DNA from: Deltaproteobacteria bacterium
Lineage (GTDB): Bacteria > Myxococcota > XYA12-FULL-58-9 > JABJBS01
Assembly (NCBI GenBank): GCA_018668695.1
Contig: JABJBS010000095.1
Span: 388 to 64,387, forward strand
Length of the DNA stretch: 64,000 bases
Reading direction: 5' to 3'
A model generated the notes under the pieces. It saw only the letters and a list, made by a program, of their open reading frames with translations. It was not told the DNA's origin and did no database searches. This document shows, one piece after another, positions 29,245 through 39,037 of the stretch. The first letter of the stretch is position 1; each line of letters begins with the position of its first letter. Both the position numbers and the translations under genes were made by a program.

Positions 29245-30050
29245 GCAAACGCGCTATCATCACTCTTGTGGCTTTAATGCTCAGCATTGTTTCTACAAGT
29301 ACCTCTGCCTTGGCAAACAAGGAAACAGACGACTTACTTCAAAGTTGGCGGATGGAATTAAGGTTTACACCCTACAAGCCTAAAATCTCCCAAAATGCTA
29401 CGAAGCAAGCATTCTACGATTTAATGTACGGTGACTCTGAGCCCGTCATGACGACATTCGCAACACACCACTACCTATGGAAGGGCTTCGGGCTTTTGGG
29501 TGTGGGTGCAAGCGTGGGTTACTGGAAAACCACGGGTAAAACTCGGCTCTGTTCGGATGCTGATGGAAATTACATTCAGTGCTATGGCCAGGGCCTCGAC
29601 GCCATTGCCGCAAGCTCCACCGAAGGCAACAGCAATACTCAGCTTATGATCATACCTCTGAGCCTTGAGGTTGCTTACCGAATTGATTACCTCAACCGTG
29701 AATGGAGTGTTCCGCTCGACTTCTATGCAAAGCTTGGCATCGATTATCATTTTTGGTGGGCAACCACCGAGGGAGAAATCGCCACAAGTACCCGTGAAGA
29801 AGAAGACGGTACAAGCAATACGATCAATGGTTCAGGTGGCACACCGGGTCTCAATGGCAGTGTTGGCGTGATGCTGGATCTCAGCTTTTTGGAGCCGATG
29901 ACTGCCACACGAGCACGTAAAAATGGCATTGCCGCAAGCTACCTCTTCTTTGAATGGAATTGGGCGCAAGGCGACGGCTTTAAACAACCCAATCGCTTAG
30001 ATATGTCTTCATCTGGCTGGACACTCGGCCTGGGCATGGACTTTCTTTAA
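29241..30050 (+). CDS. Predicted outer-membrane beta-barrel protein
   Basis: Signal peptide; alternating hydrophobic/aromatic strands; C-terminal …GLGMDF-L; ATGA overlap with the upstream MYXO-CTERM gene. Confidence 0.4.
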   Translation: MSKRAIITLVALMLSIVSTSTSALANKETDDLLQSWRMELRFTPYKPKISQNATKQAFYDLMYGDSEPVMTTFATHHYLWKGFGLLGVGASVGYWKTTGKTRLCSDADGNYIQCYGQGLDAIAASSTEGNSNTQLMIIPLSLEVAYRIDYLNREWSVPLDFYAKLGIDYHFWWATTEGEIATSTREEEDGTSNTINGSGGTPGLNGSVGVMLDLSFLEPMTATRARKNGIAASYLFFEWNWAQGDGFKQPNRLDMSSSGWTLGLGMDFL

Positions 30051-30071
30051 ACAGTCCTTTATGGCCCCGCC

Positions 30072-30863
30072 ATGGCTGATTCATCTGACCCCCCAGAACG
30101 CAACTTTCGCTTACTCGTTGAATATAACGGCAGTGCATATTGTGGCTGGCAACGCCAAAATGCCCAGCCCACCATCCAAGGTTGCATCGAAAGTGCCCTG
30201 AGTAACATACTGGGTTATGCCCCCACCCTGCATGCCGCTGGCCGAACCGACACAGGTGTTCATGCCATTGGTCAAGTGGCTAACTTCACGGCGCGTACCA
30301 ATATCGTCGACTGGAAATTTGCTCGGGGCATCAATAATTTTTTGCCTAAAGACATTTCCGTTCACCAATCTGTAGAAGTCCCTCTAAGCTTTAGCTCACG
30401 GTTCAATTCTGTTTCTAAGCGTTACCGATACCGAGTCTACCATGGGCCGCAGCCTGCCGCGCTGGATAGACAACGCGCCTGGTGGCTTTTAAGCCCCGTG
30501 GATATGAACCTTCTCAAGCAAGCGTCCAACCTTCTACTGGGGCAACATGACTTCAATGCATTTCGCTCAGCCCATTGCGATGCCGCTCATGCCATTCGTG
30601 AGATCTACAGCATCGACATTAAAAAGGTAGAGCGCCCCCCGGTGGGCTATTACGTGGACATCGTTTTTCACGCGAATGCCTTTTGCCGCCATATGTGCAG
30701 AATTCTAGCGGGTACCATCGTTGAAACAGCGCTCGGTAAATTTACTCTCAAAAATATTGAAGAAGCACTTGAGAAAAAAGACAGAGCGTTCGCTGGCATC
30801 ACTGCCCCACCGGGCGGACTTACACTTTTAGAAGTTATCTACCCAGAAATAATCGAAGCCTAA
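30072..30863 (+). CDS. truA: tRNA pseudouridine(38-40) synthase
   Basis: …YNGSAYCGWQRQ… and RTDTGVHAIGQV catalytic Asp motif. Confidence 0.85.
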   Translation: MADSSDPPERNFRLLVEYNGSAYCGWQRQNAQPTIQGCIESALSNILGYAPTLHAAGRTDTGVHAIGQVANFTARTNIVDWKFARGINNFLPKDISVHQSVEVPLSFSSRFNSVSKRYRYRVYHGPQPAALDRQRAWWLLSPVDMNLLKQASNLLLGQHDFNAFRSAHCDAAHAIREIYSIDIKKVERPPVGYYVDIVFHANAFCRHMCRILAGTIVETALGKFTLKNIEEALEKKDRAFAGITAPPGGLTLLEVIYPEIIEA

Positions 30864-31240
30864 GCTGCACGCTTATCTAAGAGCTCACGCGCCTCTTCCA
30901 AAATCAAACGAAGTGCACTTAGCCGAAATGGCTTTTCTAAGAACCATCGAACACCCATATTTTTGAGGTGCTGAATGGTGACTTCATCTCGCATGACCGC
31001 GCTCGCGAAAATTGCTGGGCGTCCCCCAAGCTTATCCACTTGCTCCAAGAACTCGACGCCGTCCATTTTCGGAAGTAGAAAATCAACAACCATCAAATCA
31101 AAATGCTCATTCTGAAAACGATGAAAAGCTTCTTCACCATCCCCGGCAAGATGAACATCAAAGCCTTCTTTGCTCAGGACATCGCGATAAATAATTTGTA
31201 GGTCGGGCTCATCCTCGACCACGAGCACCTGATAGGTCAT
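30860..31240 (-). CDS. Single-domain CheY-like response regulator
   Basis: VLVVEDEPD…DLMVVDFLLPKMDG…K; start at the internal Met (MTYQ). Confidence 0.75.
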   Translation of the reverse strand: MTYQVLVVEDEPDLQIIYRDVLSKEGFDVHLAGDGEEAFHRFQNEHFDLMVVDFLLPKMDGVEFLEQVDKLGGRPAIFASAVMRDEVTIQHLKNMGVRWFLEKPFRLSALRLILEEARELLDKRAA

Positions 31241-31428
31241 ATCTTCCCCCAAAAGCTCTGTTGGCCGACACTCTGCACCCATCGGTGAAAGATTTCAATC
31301 ACGCAGCAGAGATCTCCAAGTTTTCACTCGGTACCGCTTTCAGTGCGCGGGGGCGAAGCCAAGCACGCGAAACTGCAAGTTATGAATAAGATACGATTAT
31401 TTGAATGGAGAGAAAAAGAGCGGCGGCT

Positions 31429-32193
31429 CTAGTCTTCGAAACTTACGATCACCACGGTGACGTTATCATTGCCGCCATTGGCATTGGCTTTGGCGATTAG
31501 GCTCTGGCAGCCTTTTTCCAAGTCACCGTTAGATTGATTATAAATCTCTAAGATTTCCGCATCCTGGATCATACCGCTGAGTCCATCGGAACACATGACA
31601 AAAGCAGTGCCTGGTCGCGGCTCTTCACGATGGATATCCACATCCACCGCATCTTTCATCCCAAGAGCGCGAACAATCACGTTCTTGTGAGGAAAATTTT
31701 CGATCTCTTCTTCGGTGAGCTGATGAACCTTCATGTAATCGTTGAGCAACGAATGGTCCTCGGTCACTTGCTGAATCTGTCCGTCATGAATCAGGTAAGC
31801 ACGTGAATCACCAACGTGGCCCACATAAACTCCGCTTTCAGCGACCAAGAGACCCACCAACGTGGTTCCCATGCCACGCAAACGCGCGTCGTGCTGTGAA
31901 GTCTCGAATACCTGACGGTTGGCGAGCTTGATGCCTGTTATCAGACGATTTTGATCGTAATTAAGTGAACGGTCTTCTTTGTAGGGCCAAGTGACTTCTT
32001 TGTCTCGCGAAGTGTCGATGAAAAAGTTGGCCAGTGTTTCTACCGCTATTTTAGACGCAACCTCTCCCGAAGCATGTCCGCCCATACCGTCTGCCACGAC
32101 GTAAAGATTTTCTTCTCCGAGGAGAAAGAAATTATCTTCGTTATGCGTACGCTTCATACCCACGTGGGTGCTGCCGGCATAGCGAATCTTCAT
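31429..32193 (-). CDS. PP2C-family Ser/Thr protein phosphatase (Stp-like)
   Basis: …GMKRTHNEDNF…VADGMGGHASGEVAS…; start at the internal Met (MKIRYAG). Confidence 0.8.
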   Translation of the reverse strand: MKIRYAGSTHVGMKRTHNEDNFFLLGEENLYVVADGMGGHASGEVASKIAVETLANFFIDTSRDKEVTWPYKEDRSLNYDQNRLITGIKLANRQVFETSQHDARLRGMGTTLVGLLVAESGVYVGHVGDSRAYLIHDGQIQQVTEDHSLLNDYMKVHQLTEEEIENFPHKNVIVRALGMKDAVDVDIHREEPRPGTAFVMCSDGLSGMIQDAEILEIYNQSNGDLEKGCQSLIAKANANGGNDNVTVVIVSFED

Positions 32194-32481
32194 ACGGATA
32201 CCCTGAGAATCTGGTTCAGTCACAACGCAACTTCCCGTTCTTGCGTTCGTTTCGTCAGAGCTAGCATGCCAAGACCTGCTCAATCAAGCCGGGCACCAAG
32301 CTACCTCCGTTCCAAGGTTCCCCTCGGACAGGTAGATTCTTGCACAAATCCGAAGTCGATACGATATTGAGGCGTATTTTCTCGATGTTACCAATTTCCT
32401 CAGTCATTTCTGGAACATCGGCCGTTTTTTTACTAAGCTCATTCAAGGACCGACCCACTTAAACCCGGAGATTCGCCCCCT

Positions 32482-34632
32482 ATGAGGCAAGTACTCGACG
32501 GAGCCCTGAAGGGCGACTTTGCTGAACTAAGCAGACGTTACGCAGACATTTTTCTAGCCGCTGGTGTGGTGAGCATCATCGGTATGATGATCATCCCGCT
32601 GCCCACCCCCATGCTCGACTTACTCTTGGTGGTAAACATCACGATTAACGTCGTGATGATGTTGATCTCAATCTACATCTCAAGCGCCCTGAAACTTGCT
32701 GCCTACCCAACTATTATTCTGATTACCACGCTCTTTAGACTCGCCCTAAACATCTCCAGCACACGGCTTATCCTTCTCGATGCCGATGCTGGTGACGTGA
32801 TTGAGTCGTTTGGACAATTTGTTGTAGCCGGTAACTTTGTTGTTGGTGCGGTCATCTTCTTGATTATCACCATCGTCCAATTTCTCGTTATCGCAAAAGG
32901 CTCCGAGCGTGTTGCTGAGGTTGCTGCTCGGTTTACCCTCGATGCAATGCCCGGTAAGCAAATGTCCATTGATGCGGATCTGCGTGCAGGTGCGTTCGAC
33001 CTAGACGAAGCAAGACGCCGCCGCAGTGAGCTAAGCCGTGAAAGCCAACTCTTTGGTTCCATGGACGGCGCGATGAAGTTTGTTAAAGGCGACTCCATTG
33101 CCGGCCTCATCATCACCATCATTAACCTGGTTGCCGGTATTATCATCGGGATGACGATGATGGATTTCACCGCGTTCGAAGCCATCCAAGTTTACGGTAT
33201 CTTAACCATTGGTGATGGTCTTGTTTCCCAGATCCCTGCGCTGCTTGGCTCCATGACTGCAGGCTTAATTGTTACGCGCGTGGCCAGTGAAGACGAAGAT
33301 TCAAACCTTGGTAAGGATATCTCAACACAAGTTCTCGCTCAGCCTAAAGCATTTGCCATTGCCGCAAGTTTGCTTCTCGGCGTTGGTTTGATTCCTGGTC
33401 TGCCCACGGTCCCCTTCTTCATCATGGCCTTTCTCGTCGGGGGTCTCGCCTACGTGTTGCTCCGCTCCCAAGCCACCAGCGAGGCTGGGGGAGAGGATAT
33501 GCCGGCCAACGAAGTCCAAGCGATGGGCGAAGAAACCCGGCAAAAACAGATTCAAGCCGCCAAAAAGCAAGAGGGACAGGCCCAGCAAATGCTTCCGGTC
33601 GTCACGCCGATTGCACTCGAAGTTGCAGCCGACTTAATTCCACTGGTTGAAGACGCCAGCGGCGGTAATAAGTTTCTCGGTGAAATGATTCCGATGATGC
33701 GCGACGGACTCTTTTATGAACTGGGCGTAAAGTTTCCAGGGATTCGAGTGCGTGGCAACGAAACCGATCTGGCCCATGGCACCTATATTATTCTCATCAA
33801 TGAAGTTCCAATGGTCTCGGGCAGCGTGGGTTTAGAAAAAGTACTCGTCAACGATACCGTCGACCGGCTTACGCTTCTCAATATTGATGGTGAACCTGCT
33901 GTGAACCCTGCCAATGGCTCTGAGTGCGCGTGGATACCCCAGCAATATGCGGGCATCGCTGAGCAAGCTGGCCTGACTACCTGGGATGCTGCTGGCTATA
34001 TGGTCTTGCACCTCTCAAGTATTCTGCGAAAGAATTCGGCAGAGTTTCTCGGCATCCAGGAAGTTCAAAATATGCTTGAACAGCTTGAGCAGGCCTTTCC
34101 CGCTCTCGTTAAAGAAGTTGTTCCAAAAGCGGTATCGCCTTTTCAGCTTACGGATATCATGCGCCGGCTGGTTGAAGAGGAGATCTCAATACGCGATCTA
34201 CGTTCCGTACTGCAGGCACTTGCCGAATGGGGACAAGTTGAAAGCGATACGGTCATGCTCACGGAGTATGTACGCAACGCACTCAAACGCTATATCTCGC
34301 ACAAGTACACCCGCGGCGGTAATACCCTGGTCGTTTATCTTCTCGATCCTCAAATTGAAGAAACAGTGCGTGCGTCGATTCAGCATACTCAAAGCGGCTC
34401 TTACCTCGCATTGGAACCAGAAATTACGCAGGAAATACTCACCGCAGTTCGCAACGAGGTTGGTAACTTACCACCCACAGCTCAAAACCCCGTGATTCTC
34501 ACCACGATGGAAATCCGTCGTTATTTTCGTAAGCTGGTAGAACTTGAGTTCCCACACCTGGCTGTACTTTCCTATCAAGAGCTTTCGCCCGATATGAACA
34601 TTCAACCTATCGCGCGTATTAGCCTCGACTAA
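32482..34632 (+). CDS. flhA: FlhA/SctV-family type III export-apparatus (export gate) protein
   Basis: Strong full-length match to FlhA: …TTLFRLALNISSTRLIL…AEVAARFTLDAMPGKQMSIDADLRAG…GSMDGAMKFVKGD… plus C-terminal cytoplasmic domain. Confidence 0.85.
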   Translation: MRQVLDGALKGDFAELSRRYADIFLAAGVVSIIGMMIIPLPTPMLDLLLVVNITINVVMMLISIYISSALKLAAYPTIILITTLFRLALNISSTRLILLDADAGDVIESFGQFVVAGNFVVGAVIFLIITIVQFLVIAKGSERVAEVAARFTLDAMPGKQMSIDADLRAGAFDLDEARRRRSELSRESQLFGSMDGAMKFVKGDSIAGLIITIINLVAGIIIGMTMMDFTAFEAIQVYGILTIGDGLVSQIPALLGSMTAGLIVTRVASEDEDSNLGKDISTQVLAQPKAFAIAASLLLGVGLIPGLPTVPFFIMAFLVGGLAYVLLRSQATSEAGGEDMPANEVQAMGEETRQKQIQAAKKQEGQAQQMLPVVTPIALEVAADLIPLVEDASGGNKFLGEMIPMMRDGLFYELGVKFPGIRVRGNETDLAHGTYIILINEVPMVSGSVGLEKVLVNDTVDRLTLLNIDGEPAVNPANGSECAWIPQQYAGIAEQAGLTTWDAAGYMVLHLSSILRKNSAEFLGIQEVQNMLEQLEQAFPALVKEVVPKAVSPFQLTDIMRRLVEEEISIRDLRSVLQALAEWGQVESDTVMLTEYVRNALKRYISHKYTRGGNTLVVYLLDPQIEETVRASIQHTQSGSYLALEPEITQEILTAVRNEVGNLPPTAQNPVILTTMEIRRYFRKLVELEFPHLAVLSYQELSPDMNIQPIARISLD

Positions 34633-34676
34633 AAGAAGCATTCCCTGCCTCTTGGCATCCTCAAAGATTAGACGTT

Positions 34677-35399
34677 ATGGTCCAGACTCACTTTAGCTCG
34701 GAGAGCCTGATGCCAAATTTCTACAAAGTATTCACCACTGTATTTTTCGCTCTTGCCTTAAGTGCCTGTGGAGTTGAAGTGCAGATAGACAATGGGTCCG
34801 GCAATGAGTCCGGCAATGAGTCCGGCAATGGGTCCGACAATGGGTCCGACAATGGGTCCGACAATGGGTCCGACAATGGAGCTGAAACCCTCGCCAATCA
34901 GTTCACCATCGTCACCAGTATGGGGACCATTAAAATAGAGCTCGATCCTGTGAACGCTCCTATTACCACCGCCAATTTCGAGCAGTATGCAGATGATGGG
35001 TTTTACGACGGTAGAGACGGCGACGGCGCCACTGTTTTTCACCGCATCATCAGTGGATTTATGATTCAAGGCGGCGGCTACAAAGAATCAGGCAGCCAAA
35101 AGAGCACACGCTCAAGCATCAATATTGAATCGGATAATGGGTTAAGCAACGACCGCGGAACGCTTGCCATGGCTCGCACCAACGACCCCAACAGCGCCAC
35201 CAGCCAATTCTTTATCAACCACACCAACAACAGCTTTTTGAACTACTCAGATTCCAGTAACCCTGGCTACGCAGTCTTTGGAGTGGTGCTTGAAGGCCTG
35301 GATGTGGTGGATGCCATTGCTGCTGTGGATACGGATGGAAACGACGAACCCTTTTCTCCTGTTGTCATCACCTCCGTGACACGGACGCTTGCTCCATGA
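34677..35399 (+). CDS. Cyclophilin-type peptidyl-prolyl cis-trans isomerase lipoprotein with an (N-G/E-S-G/D)n linker
   Basis: Lipobox (LSAC); …FHRIISGFMIQGGG… cyclophilin core; repeat-encoded linker. Confidence 0.8.
   Translation: MVQTHFSSESLMPNFYKVFTTVFFALALSACGVEVQIDNGSGNESGNESGNGSDNGSDNGSDNGSDNGAETLANQFTIVTSMGTIKIELDPVNAPITTANFEQYADDGFYDGRDGDGATVFHRIISGFMIQGGGYKESGSQKSTRSSINIESDNGLSNDRGTLAMARTNDPNSATSQFFINHTNNSFLNYSDSSNPGYAVFGVVLEGLDVVDAIAAVDTDGNDEPFSPVVITSVTRTLAP
34791..34874 (+). repeat. 12-bp direct tandem repeat x7 (aatgRgtccgRc) inside the cyclophilin CDS
   Basis: Read directly: aatgggtccggc / aatgagtccggc x2 / aatgggtccgac x4. Confidence 0.85.
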
Positions 35400-36061
35400 G
35401 CGAAGATTATTACGAACGGGTAAATCCTCATCTACTGGCCGCGCTTACGGATTTAGAAAACAAAAAAGTTCTTGAGATTGGATGTGCCGCAGGTCAACTC
35501 GGAGCAGCTATCAAACAAAATACTCAGGTTCACTGGACCGGGGTTGAAATCACCGAGGATGCTCATTCAAAGGCTTCAAAGGTTTTAGACCTTGCGCTCT
35601 TGGCCAATATCGAAACCGACTCTTTAGATTTACCATCACAATCTTTCGACAAGCTTGTGCTGGGCGATGTGCTCGAACATTTACGTGATCCTTGGGCATC
35701 TCTGAATCAGCTGCGTGAATACCTCAAGCCTGGCGGCCAAGTGATCTGCAGCCTGCCCAACATCAACCACTGGACCGTATTGGCTGACTTACTTGCCGGC
35801 CAATTCACTTACGAAGATCATGGAATTCTTGACCGTACACACCTTCGCTTCTTCACGCTTAAAGAAGCCATCGCCCTTTTTGAAGGAGCAGGCTTCGTTC
35901 TAGAGCGAGTAGAAAGCATTGAGGTTGAGCACCCGCAGATGAAGCGCGTGGTGGGGCAATTTAACAGCTTAAGAAATATACTTGGGATCGACCACGCAAA
36001 TTTTGAGCGCGAAGCTCGCACCTACCAGTGGCTAATCCACGCCCAAAAATCCGCCGGTTAA
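35396..36061 (+). CDS. Class I SAM-dependent methyltransferase
   Basis: VLEIGCAAGQLG (motif I), …LVLGDVLEHL…; ATGA overlap with the cyclophilin gene. Confidence 0.7.
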   Translation: MSEDYYERVNPHLLAALTDLENKKVLEIGCAAGQLGAAIKQNTQVHWTGVEITEDAHSKASKVLDLALLANIETDSLDLPSQSFDKLVLGDVLEHLRDPWASLNQLREYLKPGGQVICSLPNINHWTVLADLLAGQFTYEDHGILDRTHLRFFTLKEAIALFEGAGFVLERVESIEVEHPQMKRVVGQFNSLRNILGIDHANFEREARTYQWLIHAQKSAG

Positions 36062-36336
36062 AGATCAATCTTTTTGGCCCAAATTCCTATCTGCAGCCGC
36101 AAAAGCCAATAAACAACAACCGCCGTTCCCGTAACAGAAACCAGCTCCCAACCCACGTGGCTATCGATTTCCATGATCTCGAGCTTGGGTACCAAGGCCA
36201 TAACTAAACTAAAAAGCCATGTAAGCCCCAATACCGGCCAGATCACCTTCAGATATGCCCCGCCCTCTGTTGAGCGGTCCAGATAAAGCGACCAGCGCAC
36301 CAGGGCGCAATTCAAGATGCCTACTACAATGACCAT
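36058..36336 (-). CDS. Possible small membrane protein
   Basis: 92-aa ORF with two hydrophobic helices; convergent 4-nt overlap with the methyltransferase; weak support. Confidence 0.3.
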   Translation of the reverse strand: MVIVVGILNCALVRWSLYLDRSTEGGAYLKVIWPVLGLTWLFSLVMALVPKLEIMEIDSHVGWELVSVTGTAVVVYWLLRLQIGIWAKKIDL

Positions 36337-36474
36337 CGGCGGCCTATTTTCACGAACTGTTTCACAATTTCTCTTACCCCTGATACCGCATTAGAAACAA
36401 CTTAGAACGATAAGATCATGTTGACGAATCAAAGACCACCACTTAGAAGATTAGAATCAACCGGAGAGTAGACC

Positions 36475-37884
36475 TTGTATTTCCTCGTTCTCTTAGCAGT
36501 AATCGCCCTCGTTTATGCCCTAGTGACCTATCGGCTGCACCGTCGCCATCCAGAGACCCTCTGGGATTGGGATAAGAAGAATTTAAACGACTTGAGCTTC
36601 CCCGAGAACTTCATTTGGGGAACCGCCACGGCGTCCCACCAAGTTGAAGGCGACAACGTAAACAATTGGAGCCGCTGGGAAGAGGGAACGCATGCCGATG
36701 GTAGCCCCCATATTCACAACAACGATCAAAGCGGTAAAGCCTGTGAGCACTACACGCGCTACAAAGAAGACATTCAGCGCATTAAAGACTTAGGACTTAC
36801 TTCCTACCGTTTCTCGCTCTCTTGGAATCGTATTGAGCCTACACCGGGTGATTACAACGAAGAAGCCATCGCTCACTACCACCGCGTGATTGATACATGC
36901 CGCGAGAAGGGTATTCGCCCCATGGTCACACTGCACCACTTCACCCACCCTTTGTGGTTTGAAGATATGGGCAGCTTTGAGCATGAAGAAAATATCGAGC
37001 ACTTCCTGCGCTTCAGTGAGAAGGCGTTTTCCGAATACGGTCACAAAGTAAAGTACTGGTGTACCCACAACGAGCCTGGCCCCTTTGCATCTATGGGCTG
37101 GGGACTTGGGGTCTTTCCTCCAGGGATTCGCAGCCTCAAGAGAATGAGCCGCGTCCTGCAGAACCTCATGCGCTCACATCTTCGTGTTTATAAAAAGCTT
37201 AAGAGCATGCCGGGCGGAGAAAAAGCGCAGATTGGTTTGGTCAAAAACATTTTTCAATTTGACCCCTATCGCCGCTGGAGCCTCGTGCACTGGGCACTGT
37301 GCCGGCTTCTCGACCACCTCTACAATGAAAGCATTATCCGCTTCTTGAGAGACGGTCTTTTTAGAATTTATGTTCCTGGCGTTGTGTTTATCCAAGAAAA
37401 ATTCGAAGACGCTCAAGGCGCGACCGACTTTATCGGCCTGAACTATTACTCAAACCTTCTCATGAGCCCACTGTCCCCCCAAAAGCCGCCGTTTAAGCCG
37501 CTAAAGCGCCCAGGCCAAGAACTTACCGACTTCCCCTACACAACCTACGGAGAAGGCTTTTACAGAGCTCTCAAGCGCATCAACACGATTGGTCGTCCTA
37601 TTTTGGTAACCGAAAACGGAATCCCCGACGCAAAAGATGACCGCCGAGAAACATTCATCAAACGTTATGTCTACGCCATGAGCCAAGCGATTAAAGATGG
37701 TTGTGATGTAAGAGGTTATTATTATTGGTCACTGCTCGACAATTTTGAGTGGGCCGAAGGCTACAGTATGCGCTTTGGTCTTTATGCCATCAACTTTGAA
37801 ACGCAAGAGCGCACTCTAAGAGAAGGCGCCAAAGCTTATCAGCAAATCGTCGAAAAGCATGGGCTTAAGCCGCATGTTAAGTAA
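36475..37884 (+). CDS. Glycoside hydrolase family 1 beta-glucosidase/beta-galactosidase
   Basis: FIWGTATASHQVEG, TENG (nucleophile, VTENGIPD), NEP (acid/base, THNEPG). Confidence 0.85.
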   Translation: MYFLVLLAVIALVYALVTYRLHRRHPETLWDWDKKNLNDLSFPENFIWGTATASHQVEGDNVNNWSRWEEGTHADGSPHIHNNDQSGKACEHYTRYKEDIQRIKDLGLTSYRFSLSWNRIEPTPGDYNEEAIAHYHRVIDTCREKGIRPMVTLHHFTHPLWFEDMGSFEHEENIEHFLRFSEKAFSEYGHKVKYWCTHNEPGPFASMGWGLGVFPPGIRSLKRMSRVLQNLMRSHLRVYKKLKSMPGGEKAQIGLVKNIFQFDPYRRWSLVHWALCRLLDHLYNESIIRFLRDGLFRIYVPGVVFIQEKFEDAQGATDFIGLNYYSNLLMSPLSPQKPPFKPLKRPGQELTDFPYTTYGEGFYRALKRINTIGRPILVTENGIPDAKDDRRETFIKRYVYAMSQAIKDGCDVRGYYYWSLLDNFEWAEGYSMRFGLYAINFETQERTLREGAKAYQQIVEKHGLKPHVK

Positions 37885-39037
37885 GCCCGATATTGCCGAT
37901 GAAGGAGCCAAGTATTTCTTGTCTCATTTTGACAGGCCAGCAACAGCACTTAGCTGGGCACCTGGTCGCATCAATATCATTGGCGAGCACACCGACTACA
38001 ACGACGGCCTCGCTCTTCCCGCCGCGGTCAATCGCTATGTCGCGATGGCCGTAGCCAGTAGAGGTGACGGGAAAATTCATTTTCAAAGTCACAACTACCA
38101 GGAACATTTTGAAATAGAGCTCGCCACACTTCACGACTTGAAACCCACGAAGCATTGGCACCGTTACATGGTCGGTGCCCTACGTGTATTTCAAGATTTA
38201 GGTCACCCGCTCAGTGGTATGGACGTCTTACTCATCGGCGATATACCGGCCGGCAGCGGGCTTTCCTCATCTGCAGCCTTGGTCTTGGCGTGGCTTGGCG
38301 CGCTTGCAGAACACCACAAAGTCCAGCTTGATCCTTGGACGATGGTTAAATCCAGCCAGCGTGTTGAGCATGAATACCTTGGCGTTCTCTGCGGATTGCT
38401 CGACCAAATTGGCTCGCAAATGTCTGTTGCCAACCAAGTTCTTGCTGTGGATTTTCAGTCTCTCACCGTAAGCCCTACAAGCTACAATCTGCCTGGCTAT
38501 TGCTGGGTTGCGATTCACACCGGTAAAAGCCGTGAGCTTGCTGAAAGCGCATACCAGACGCGTGTCCACGAGTGCAGGGAAGCTCTCGATAGATTAAAGA
38601 GCGAGCATCCACACATTCAAACGATGCGCGACGTGGGCGCTGAGCTTGTTCAAGGCAGCGATAATTTAAGCAAGCGAATCCGGCACGTGGTTCAAGAAAA
38701 CCGCCGCGTGGAGCAGGCCATGACATGTATCCAAAACGATGCCGAAGGTCTTGGTAAGCTATTGGATGAATCTCACCGGAGTCTCCGGGACGATTACGAA
38801 GTAAGCTGCGATGAACTCAACGCCATGGTTGAAATCGCTACCAGCCAAGATGGCTGCATCGGCGCTCGAATGATGGGCGGAGGTTTTGGAGGTTCGACCC
38901 TGAATCTCGTGGAGACAGCGAAAGCGAAAAAGTTTATTGATGAAACACTGACTCAATATGGAACGCGCTACCCTCTGCTCAAGCCATCTGCGTTGATTGC
39001 AAAACTTGTAACCGGCGCTGCGAGCCTTACTCTTTAA
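37874..39037 (+). CDS. galK: Galactokinase (GHMP kinase)
   Basis: PGRINIIGEHTDYNDG galactokinase signature; GAGLSSSAAL GHMP motif; overlaps the end of the GH1 gene. Confidence 0.85.
   Translation: MLSKPDIADEGAKYFLSHFDRPATALSWAPGRINIIGEHTDYNDGLALPAAVNRYVAMAVASRGDGKIHFQSHNYQEHFEIELATLHDLKPTKHWHRYMVGALRVFQDLGHPLSGMDVLLIGDIPAGSGLSSSAALVLAWLGALAEHHKVQLDPWTMVKSSQRVEHEYLGVLCGLLDQIGSQMSVANQVLAVDFQSLTVSPTSYNLPGYCWVAIHTGKSRELAESAYQTRVHECREALDRLKSEHPHIQTMRDVGAELVQGSDNLSKRIRHVVQENRRVEQAMTCIQNDAEGLGKLLDESHRSLRDDYEVSCDELNAMVEIATSQDGCIGARMMGGGFGGSTLNLVETAKAKKFIDETLTQYGTRYPLLKPSALIAKLVTGAASLTL

Noticed and set aside
34758-35069. 103-aa minus-strand ORF (…IVGPIVGPIVGPIVGPIAGLIAGLIAGPIV…)
   Set aside because: It is the antisense artefact of the 12-bp tandem repeat within the cyclophilin gene.
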